The notes beneath the pieces were generated by a model, which ran no database searches, was not told the origin of the DNA, and worked only from the letters and a program-made list of their open reading frames with translations. Positions 42,401 through 51,450 of a stretch of 64,000 nucleotides of DNA are shown here, piece by piece. The stretch is from the NCBI GenBank assembly GCA_951406725.2, contig OX597820.1, positions 105,772,001 to 105,836,000 of the forward strand, read 5' to 3'. Origin of the DNA: Octopus vulgaris. Taxonomy: Eukaryota. Within the stretch, counting starts at the first letter, position 1, and the number at the start of each line of letters is the position of its first letter. A program made the position numbers and the translations under genes.

Positions 42401-44520
42401 GACCATGTTTGAATTCACGATGCCAGCGTTTTACAAGGTCATATGATGGTGCATCATCACCATAAGTTACTTTCATTTCATCAAAAGTCTCCTGTGGTGT
42501 GTGTCCTTTCAAATACAAAAACCGGATCATATTTAAACTCAACAGGCTCCATTTCACACTTGACTCAGTTCAAACACCTGTAAACCAGAAAATACAATTA
42601 GTTAAGAGCTGTAATTTGCCTCTTAATCTATAGAGATATAAATAATTGCACATGCAAAATTTCAGCGAGATCAAATAACTGCAAGTGGGTCAGGGGCATT
42701 ACTTATTGAACGTCCCTCGTACATATCCATACATATACACATACACATATATATATACATAAATATATATACCTATATATATATAAATATATATACCTAT
42801 ATATATATATAAATATATATACCTATATATATATATATATATATATACTTTATTTAAAAGCAGCAGAAAATTCAACAAAACCTGTTACTCTGAGTTTCAC
42901 GTTCCCGTTCGTTGGACAGTTTTTGCTAGATGAATGGGAACGTGAAACTCAGAGTAACAGGTTTTGTTGAATTTTCTGCTGCTTTTAAATAAAGCATATT
43001 ACTCTACCACTGGTATTTAAGTACTCTTTTTTTCCACCTTGTTTCACATTTATGTGTTTACTCCGGTACATATATACCCCTACATACATACAAACCTATA
43101 CAAACATCACATACACAAAAGTTTACTGAAGTTTGTACATAATATCTAATATACAAGAAAGATAACATAAAATAATACTTTAAACTACCACATGCATGCA
43201 CACAAACAAACCTACATGAATAAATAAACACATATATATACATATGCATCTACATATATACAAATCCATTAGTGACCACAATATGTTTAGTATATATATG
43301 TGTGTGTGTGTGTGTGTCTGTGTGTGTGTGTATGTATGTATATATATATATGTGTATATATGTGTGAGTGTATGTATATATATATATATATATGTGTGTA
43401 TATGTGTATATATGTGTGTATGTGTATGTATATATATGTGTGTGTGTGTATGTATATGTATATATATGTGTGTGTATATGTACATATATATGTATATGTA
43501 TGTATATACAACAACATCACAGCACACCACCCACACGCCCATCCCCCATATCTTCACACCTACACATACATACATGCACAAGTGCAGACCACCAGCCCTC
43601 TTTCACATGCACATACATTCTCTCTTATATACACACGCACCTTCGTGTTGCGGGTCCTCTTTACCTTGTTATCTCCCCTACTTTCCCGCTTGTGTTTGAC
43701 TCTTCTGTCTGGCACTAGTCGCCATGATAGATCGTTAGCCACTACACATATTTTTTCTCTCCTTGTTTTTTTCTGTGTCCCTTTCTGTAGAAGAGCGTAG
43801 ACTTGAAACGTAAAAGACTTTTTCTATTTCTGAGCATTATACTAATACATCTGTTTGTTTCGTACACCACCTGTCTTCTCTCTTGCACACCACATCTGAT
43901 GCTTCTTATGTCCAACATTTCTCTCAGGATGCTTACACTCTATCAATTGTGCACACTGACATCCAGTGGATCATACTAGCATCATTTCTTTCAAGCCTAT
44001 GCATATCTTCAGCAGTCACGGCCCATGTTTCACTGCATGGCAATTTGCACACATGCATCATACAGTCTACCTTTCACTCTGAGCAAGAGGCTCTTTGGCA
44101 CCAGTACAGATAGGATCTTTCTGAACTTTGCCCAGGCTATTCTTATTCTAGTGGCAACACTCTCTGAGCATCCACCCCCACTACAGACTTGGTCACCTAG
44201 GTATATATATGTGTGCAGATATATGTATCTCAACAGAAATATAGTGACAGAAGGATTAAAAGAAGGAAAAAAACTCTCATTTACTTTCTTTTGCTTATCT
44301 TTCACATGAACAACTTAAAAAAAAAATTATTTGTACAGATGTAATTTTTAACCAAAGATTCCTTGAATTTTAATAGCATGTCTAAACCCCGACTTACTTG
44401 CAGTTTCTCTTTTTTATCTCCATGTCTCTTTCTTTCATCTTGTTTTAGATGGACTTCGATATAGAGGTTGATGGTCCTCCTTCCTTCAATGGTTTTGATT
44501 CAGCTGTGGACACAAAATGA
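10160..44520 (+). CDS. Spliced gene (15 coding exons, 468 aa): coiled-coil UBAN-domain protein with LIR-like motif and C-terminal NZF/RanBP2 zinc finger (ABIN/TNIP/optineurin-like ubiquitin adaptor)
   Basis: Exons 10160-10259, 12859-12956, 15266-15400, 19021-19143, 21595-21656, 23213-23303, 23603-23800, 25861-25905, 26533-26658, 28704-28787, 32873-32944, 33910-33976, 36035-36145, 38538-38560 and 44449-44520 are joined by GT-AG introns with matching phases into one stop-free 1407-nt frame. Motifs: [21 protein letters not shown] (UBAN) and [20 protein letters not shown] (NZF). Family assignment is by motif recall. Confidence 0.85.
10490..11830 (-). mobile_element. RTE-like LINE RT fragment (degenerate)
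   Basis: [52 protein letters not shown]. Confidence 0.92.
11843..12560 (-). mobile_element. CR1/L2-like LINE 3' fragment with (ATT)n tail
   Basis: [43 protein letters not shown]; (AAT)n at 11843. Confidence 0.9.
12859..12956 (+). CDS. Coding exon 2 ([33 protein letters not shown])
   Basis: ttccag acceptor, gtaaag donor, phase 1 to 0, heptad pattern. Confidence 0.85.
15266..15400 (+). CDS. Coding exon 3 ([18 protein letters not shown]...MSIAN), contains LIR-like FEYI
   Basis: cacag acceptor, gtgaga donor, 135 nt, phase 0-0. Confidence 0.85.
19021..19143 (+). CDS. Coding exon 4 ([41 protein letters not shown])
   Basis: Long polypyrimidine tract + tag, donor CAG|gtgaat, phase 0-0. Confidence 0.85.
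19555..20447 (+). mobile_element. Tc1/mariner-superfamily (maT/DD37D-like) element, internally deleted
   Basis: TIRs TACAGGGTGCAATGGGTAAATTGTC / GACAGTTTATTCACTGCACCTTGTA; WQHDSAPCH and [17 protein letters not shown] motifs. Confidence 0.8.
21067..21450 (-). mobile_element. tRNA-derived SINE, full length with 12-bp TSD
   Basis: A box TGGCCCAGTGG and B box GGTTTCGATTCCC on minus strand; TSD AGAGCAGTATGT at 21055-21066 and 21451-21462. Confidence 0.88.
21595..21656 (+). CDS. Coding exon 5 ([21 protein letters not shown])
   Basis: Acceptor catcag, donor AG|gtaagt, phase 0-2. Confidence 0.85.
23213..23303 (+). CDS. Coding exon 6 ([30 protein letters not shown])
   Basis: ttacag acceptor, gtaagt donor, phase 2-0. 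Confidence 0.85.
23603..23800 (+). CDS. Coding exon 7 ([13 protein letters not shown]...LIKELSTKL), coiled coil
   Basis: tttag acceptor, gtaagt donor, 198 nt open frame. Confidence 0.88.
24391..24973 (+). mobile_element. Octopus non-autonomous retroelement with internal 62-bp tandem repeat and (GAT)n tail
   Basis: Three 62-bp units starting 24621, 24683, 24745; tail GGCATCCAGCTGTAGAAAC...CATGGAAAGCGGACGTTAAATGATGATG shared with 38915-39316, 28200-28417 and 63865-64000. Confidence 0.8.
25861..25905 (+). CDS. Coding exon 8 ([15 protein letters not shown])
   Basis: ttttag acceptor, CAG|gtaagt donor, phase 0-0. Confidence 0.85.
25951..26167. mobile_element. Mariner-derived MITE
   Basis: TIRs GAGGGGGTGCTGAAAAGTTCCTGGCTT / AAGCCAGCAACTTTTCAGCACCCTC. 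Confidence 0.75.
26533..26658 (+). CDS. Coding exon 9, UBAN core ([42 protein letters not shown])
   Basis: tttag acceptor, gtaaga donor; resembles the QxxxY/FxxDFxxERxxR pattern of NEMO/OPTN/ABIN. Confidence 0.88.
28704..28787 (+). CDS. Coding exon 10 ([28 protein letters not shown])
   Basis: ttacag acceptor, GAG|gttaaa donor, phase 0-0. Confidence 0.82.
32873..32944 (+). CDS. Coding exon 11 ([24 protein letters not shown])
   Basis: ttttag acceptor, AAG|gtattt donor, phase 0-0. Confidence 0.82.
33910..33976 (+). CDS. Coding exon 12 ([22 protein letters not shown])
   Basis: ttgtag acceptor, A|gtacgt donor gives phase 1, matching the next exon. Confidence 0.78.
36035..36145 (+). CDS. Coding exon 13, NZF/RanBP2-type zinc finger ([37 protein letters not shown])
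   Basis: ttgcag acceptor, G|gttagt donor; W-x-C-x2-C-x3-N-x6-C-x2-C consensus. Confidence 0.9.
36525..36931 (+). mobile_element. tRNA-derived Octopus SINE, well-preserved copy
   Basis: Head GGAGTGGCTTGTGTGGTAAG...GGTTCAGTCCCAC, internal (TG)n, AAAGAGTA repeat tail; decayed copies at ~8660-9030, ~13000-13480, ~34530-34865. Confidence 0.85.
38538..38560 (+). CDS. Coding exon 14, 23-nt microexon (DSLQFPSN)
   Basis: tttcag acceptor, gtaagt donor; converts phase 1 to the phase 0 needed by the last exon. Confidence 0.7.
38915..39316 (+). mobile_element. Retroelement of the same family as 24391-24973
   Basis: Diverged internal repeats and the same (GAT)n-tailed 3' end; flanked by duplicated ATATCAGTGGCGACTGTATA (38815 and 39331), a likely TSD. 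Confidence 0.75.
39571..40029. repeat. ~135-bp inverted repeat carrying hammerhead-like folds (Penelope pLTR-like)
   Basis: 39571-39704 is the near reverse complement of 39895-40029. Confidence 0.85.
39617..39715 (-). ncRNA. Type I hammerhead-like motif, variant core CUGAAAA
   Basis: Minus strand: ttgcg-tgca-g CTGAAAA gggcttt...aaagctc GAAAC AT GTA c-cgcaa; palindromic stem III ACATGT. Confidence 0.55.
40244..40325 (-). ncRNA. Type I hammerhead ribozyme, canonical core
   Basis: Minus strand: cc-tagca-tg CTGATGA gaact...agttc GAAA CCGTGG TT cagg; stem II gaact/agttc, near-palindromic stem III, short bulged stem I. Confidence 0.7.
41426..42721 (-). mobile_element. Mariner transposon (irritans/Himar-like), full length, frameshifted
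   Basis: Near-perfect TIRs TACGAGGGGCGTTCAATAAGTAATGCCCCTGACCCACTT with TA ends; [19 protein letters not shown] motifs. Confidence 0.95.
42849..42992. repeat. ~60-bp-arm hairpin made of two inverted hammerhead-like units
   Basis: 42849-42910 is the near reverse complement of 42932-42992. Confidence 0.85.
42875..42926 (-). ncRNA. Minimal type I hammerhead-like motif, variant core CC(A)ACGA
   Basis: Minus strand: aaaaactgt CCAACGA acg-ggaa-cgt GAAAC TCAGA GTA acaggtttt; stems I, II and III all pair. Confidence 0.6.
43885..44201 (-). mobile_element. RTE-like LINE fragment (same family as 10490-11830)
   Basis: [28 protein letters not shown]...KGRLYDACV. Confidence 0.85.
44449..44520 (+). CDS. 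Last coding exon ([23 protein letters not shown])
   Basis: Long polypyrimidine tract + ttag, TGA at 44518-44520, AATAAA at 44522. Confidence 0.72.
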   Translation: MDFDIEVDGPPSFNGFDSAVDTK

Positions 44521-44800
44521 CAATAAAAGGTTAATAGTTTGAATATGTTTTGTGTTTTATATATTTTAACCATAATCAAGGTATTTTTGAGTTTGTTTTT
44601 TTGCATTTGATTTTATTGTTTCAGAAATATTCTTTTGAACCTGTTTGGGTAAACGGCTTATAGATTAAAGAAATTGAACTTAATAAATTATGTACTACAC
44701 TAACATAATTATCGAATTAATGATACTTATTCTAATTAAACAGCTACTGAGCACAATTAGAATATGAACTATATATGAAATTTATGCTTATCTGCTTTTA

Positions 44801-46022
44801 CCAGGTTAAGTCAAACATGTTTTTGTATTTCAAGCTTTAGTTAAAAATTCAAACAAAATACATATGAAAAGCATTTATTCATCAAAATATATCCTATCAT
44901 CTTCTATTGTCTTTTCATGTTGGCTTAGAGGTAAGAAAAAAACCCCTCTTTATACCCATTTTCAACCTCATCCACATTATTGAACCTCAATCTGTGTAGG
45001 AAATGAGCTGTGGCTTGGAGACATTGGTAATCTGAGGGTGCAAGGTCTGAACTGTGGTCAGAGTGAGGCAGCACTTCCAACCCCTCAAGTTCCTTATGCT
45101 TGAGGTTGGTCACAATGGTAGTGTGTGCTGGGGCATTGTGATGTAGAAGTGTGTGTCTTCAATTGACCAATGCCTAGTAGCAGGCTTTCAAGCATCATAC
45201 GCTAACTGTAGTTGTTAAGCATAATGGTTAGCATTCACAGAATGACCATTTGGGATAAGCTCAAAGTGTAACACACCCTCAAATCTCCACTAAGCACACA
45301 ACATAACCTATTCAAACTGTCTTTGCTTGACAACAGGTTCTGAAGCCTTGCCAGAACAAAGTCACTAATTTCTCTTATTAGGATTATGAAAATGGATTCA
45401 TTTTTCATTCCCAGTTACAATTTGATGCCAAAACAGGCATCTCAAGGATTGGCCAGCAGCTTGCAAGTGTTGAGGTTGATCATTACTTAATTCATGAGAA
45501 ACTTCTCAACAGTGTCTGTTCACAAGGTCAAGCATATGGATGTGTTGATTGATGGCTCTTTGTGAAAGACCAAGTTCTGCTGACATTTTACAAATGCTTA
45601 GGCCTTGCTGTTCAACCATTTCAAGCAAAGCCTCATCTTCCACAACAGAAGATTTCCCTGACCTTGATTTGTTTTCAAGGCTGGTGTCACTTTTCTTGAA
45701 ACATCTGAACCAGTTTTGTGCCACATGTTTGTTGACAGTTCCTGGGCCTTCCAAATCATTAATTTCTTTTGCCACTGGCCTTGTACTCCATCTTTCTTTT
45801 TACAGAGAGTGTAAAATAGCTCTAATTGCAATTTTTTCACATTCATTTTCAAAGCTGTAAGATAAAGAATAAACAATTAATGTTTATATGTTACATGTGA
45901 AAATGAAGTTTAAACAATTCAGCAACAGTTTGATGAGTTGCATTACATTAATGATATAGCATGATGATACAAGTTGCATCATCAGTGAAAATCTAAACAA
46001 AAAACTTTAACTTGACCTGATA
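44801..46022 (-). mobile_element. Decayed mariner transposon
   Basis: TIR-like CAGGTTAAGTCAAA / TTTAACTTGACCTG; AQNWFRCFK...SRSGK HTH remnant, HSSDLAPSDY. Confidence 0.8.
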
Positions 46023-46386
46023 TTCTAAATATGCTGCTCTATAACACTGTTTTAACTGATTATGTACATACATGGATTTCTTGCAATGTAATGACCAGAT
46101 ATTACTTGAGCTCTTAATTATTGTGGATATATATGCTCCCTTACACTAAGCACTACCGAGATAAAGTACATCAAGTTTCTGCTTTCTATTATAAATATGT
46201 GGCTCTTAAAGATTGTTTTAGCCAATTATGTATATACATGCAAGTTGGTTCCATTTGGATTTACTGTAATGTAATAATGTGTTGGAGTTTAACAACCTGT
46301 TATTAAATGAGCTGTTAGTTACCATGGATTTATTTTTATATGCAATAATAAACCTCTGAACGAGGTATAAACAGTAACTGCACGAC

Positions 46387-46787
46387 AATGTGAGGTATAA
46401 TTGCCATCTCAATATGGCTAACCACTAAGGATGGGTGTTACTGTAGCTTGTAGCCCCAGGAGAACATCGTCTCCAGCTGGCTTTAGGCACACTTTCTGTG
46501 CCCTTATGGTATTTGCAAAAGGAGGTCATCCCTCCCTCGTCAACCTAAGTGATACGCACGGACTGCACTTTCATTATTGCTTGCAGACAGGTCAATACCT
46601 AGAAACTGCAGTCTGTGCGTATCACTTAGGTTGACGAGGGAGGGATGACCTCCCTTTGCAAATACCATAAGAGCACAGAAAGTGTGCCTAAAGCCAGCTG
46701 GAGACGATGTTCTCCTGGGGCTACAAACTACAGTAACACCCACCCTTAGTGGTTAGCCATATTGAGATGGCAATTATACCTCATATT
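46387..46787. mobile_element. Near-perfect fold-back element/MITE (186-bp arms, ~29-nt loop)
   Basis: 46387-46572 vs 46602-46787 differ at only about 7 positions by eye. Confidence 0.9.
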
Positions 46788-48919
46788 TTTATATGGTTTT
46801 ACATCAATTCTCTATTTGGATATAATAGTAGTGTGATAATTTTTCAGGATCAGACATGGGGAAGAATTTGAATCCTCTAAAAATTCAAACGAAATAGGAC
46901 TGCTGTGTTTTTGTTTATTATTAGATACATTAAAAGATTAATGATCACAACTTATTGAGTTGAAGGTATGAGTGTGAACTCTGTTCATGCCAACACTTAT
47001 TGACCCCATCAATCTTGCTACAAATATATTTCACACAGTGGTGTAACCTTTACTGGGAGTAGTAGCAATATTATATTATTAACAAATAGTTTGTTAGCTA
47101 CTGTGAACTGAAACCCACCCATTGTTTATATCTTGGACAGAGAAAAATTATTCTAAAAGGTTGATTTTCTTAGACATGTTATGCAACACTACACAGTAAT
47201 AGTCGTTAGTGGTGCTTCGTTGGTTATAGCACTTCAAATCATCAGTGCTAATGAGTCTTGCTTGGGTGTTTTGAATTATTTGCCTATGGAACTTTGAGCA
47301 GTATTCTATAGGTAACATTTAAGTTATCATAGCACTACTGAGAATGTTATCTCCATGTACTGATTCAAAAGAAGATATACTGGGGTGATATTTTAAATGT
47401 TATCTTCCCATGGCCTTTGAGTAAATGGTTTAAGTTCACCAGTGCAAGTCAATGAAATATTTATTAATAATAGAGTATCTTCATTGTCATTTGTCGTCAT
47501 TACTGTTAAATGTATGGTATCATTGACCCTTCTGATACCAATCCCCATGAAACTACCCTTCACTCTGATCTAAATTAAAACCTCCTATAAAAATTACATG
47601 TTAATTTATTTTCCTAACTCCAACTTAATAATGACAAAGTTGTTTTACTAAAGTCTACATTACTTTTAAAATAAATTGAAACGAATGTAGTATATTTCAA
47701 CAGAAGGTAGCAAAAAGGTTAAAGGGATTCTAATTAAAACCTTCCATCATAATTTCATGTTTAATTATGTTCCAAACATTAGCTTAATAGTAGCAAAATT
47801 AATTTACCAAATTCTTCATTCTTTTCAAAATTGACTGAAGCAAAGGCAGTGCAATTTCAGTATAAATGTGATAGCAAAAGAGTTAAAAGTTTTGATCTAC
47901 CAACCATGACAGCACTGTTGAAGAAATTCAAGACATTGACCAGTTGACCATTTCCTATTGATTCAACCACCAATTTTAGATGTGTTTCTCTAGCTATTCT
48001 CAATACCTTTACTTGACATTTTTGATTTGTTAATTCAGTAGATCATCAGCAAAAATAATTTCTTCATTTTTTTTTGTTTTGAGAGGGAGGAAGGGACCTA
48101 TTATTTTTTTTCTATTAATCTTTTAAGAAAGTATTATACATTTAAATTACAAAACTTACAACAAAGCTGAAAATAATATTGAATTAGTTTTGCTATTTGG
48201 CAGCCATATGCCATGATATATTAGTTGTATCAAAAGATGACTTGCTAGAAATAGCAATCAAATCAGTTTTAGATTGCATTCTACAACTTTAAAAAAGTTA
48301 AAGGACATATTTAATAATGTCATACAAAGTACATTGTTTGACGAAAAAAAAATACAATGGATGTTCATGGATGGACTATCTTTGATTGTATTATATCTGA
48401 TTGGTCAGAACTTATCAGGAAGCTAAGCAGTGTTAATAACAACTAGCTACTGATATACCATCATCAATAAATAATTTAATGTATTAGGGATATATGAAAT
48501 AATTATAACCAAATATTTAAACATACGTTTAGAGTTAGCTCTTTGAAGTTTATAGCTTTCACCTTGTAGCTTGACCCTAGCTGAGATTTGAAGCATAGCT
48601 CTCAGATTTTCCCAGTTTAGAACCACAAACTAATGTATTTCTATAAAAGGAAGTGTTGTCATAAAGATATTAAAATCTACATGGACAATCAGTACTAGCT
48701 TTAGATATTATAGCTAAGATGGCAATCTTCAAAAGAAGTGCATAAATTTTCCCACCAAACAGTCTGGCTGAAGTTTCTAGAACTTTTGATCTGACAGTAA
48801 TAAAAAGGCAAGCAAATTCAATTTGAGGCAGAACTATCCCAGGTATATATGAGTCATGTTACTTTTTCCCTGTGTGGCAGTTTCTCACTCATCTCACCTA
48901 TGCAGTCACCTAAGTTGTT

Positions 48920-49114
48920 TCTAAGAGATCGAGTAATTTGAATATTAATAATTTGTTTAGGAATTATAAGTGAGGAATTAAAAAATGATGGGAAGATTTA
49001 GAATGAGGAATTAATGAAAAAGAGAGATCAGAGGGCTAGAATTCATGTTAGAGAATGGAGATATAAAGTTGTTGAGTTGTAATCGTCAAATGAAGAAAAA
49101 ATGTCTACTATCAT
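48920..49114 (-). pseudogene. atp6: atp6 5' fragment (NUMT)
   Basis: MMVDIFSSFDDYNSTTLYLHSLTW start, then premature TAA. Confidence 0.85.
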
Positions 49115-49115
49115 T

Positions 49116-49273
49116 TTATCAATTATATTTTGTTTTGTTTTTTGGTTGTTATTTTTTGATTTATTAAAATATATATATTTTTATAGTTTCATCATATAAT
49201 AGATGAAATAAGGAATAATAAGAATCAAAATAGAAGAAAGTATGATTCAATTTAAAGGGGAAAGTTGAGCTAT
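49116..49273 (-). pseudogene. atp8: atp8 pseudogene (NUMT)
   Basis: M(A)QLSPLNW start, ends ...KYNW-TAA. Confidence 0.85.
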
Positions 49274-49274
49274 A

Positions 49275-49337
49275 TAAAATGTACTATACTATAGTAATTT
49301 AAATTTGACAAATTTATGTTAATTAACTAACTTTTTA
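49275..49337 (-). pseudogene. trnD: mt tRNA-Asp pseudogene (NUMT)
   Basis: TAAATTT-GTC-AAATTTA anticodon arm between cox2 and atp8. Confidence 0.75.
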
Positions 49338-49339
49338 TC

Positions 49340-49998
49340 TGTTTATGTTTAATAATCAGTTGTTAAAAGTATTTATATTTACGATTTCAAGTGTAATAGG
49401 TGTAAATGAATGATTTGTTCCACAAATTTCAGAACATTGTCTATAATACAATCTAGGTTGATTGGAATATAAGTTTAATTGACTAAGTTGTCCTGGAATA
49501 GCATCTCCTTTTACTCCTAGGAAGGGGTTTGTTCAAGAGTGAATAACATCAGTGGATGAAATGATTATTTGGGTGTTTGTTTTTTTTATTGGGATAATTA
49601 AATGGTGGTCTGTTTCTAGTAGGCAGAATGAACCTTCATTTAATTCATTTAAAGGAATTATATAAGAATTGAATTTGATATTTATAAAGTCTGAATATTC
49701 ACATCTTTAGTATCATTGATGTCCTCATGCTGATAGATTCTTCTAAAATATATGATAATTTAAGAGATGGAAGAGCAAGAAATAATAAAATTATTCTGGG
49801 AATGATTGTTCAAATTGTTTTGATTTTTTTTTTTTTTTTGTCTTTCTGTAATTATTAATGAAGAAAATTTATTTGTTATTAGTAGGATTGTAATATATAT
49901 TACTAGTATTAAGATAATTGTAAGAATAAATATAGAATGATCATGAAAAAAAAAGTTTTTCTATAAGTGGTGACTCCTAATAGTCCTCATTGGGTCAT
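49340..49998 (-). pseudogene. cox2: cox2 pseudogene (NUMT)
   Basis: [16 protein letters not shown] CuA motif, DVIHSW, DAIPGQL; frameshifts. Confidence 0.9.
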
Positions 49999-50009
49999 AA
50001 TATATTTAA

Positions 50010-51450
<1,441 letters not shown>

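Noticed and set aside
46431-46743. Two mirror-image 67-aa ORFs
   Set aside because: A by-product of the palindrome; no splice or coding evidence
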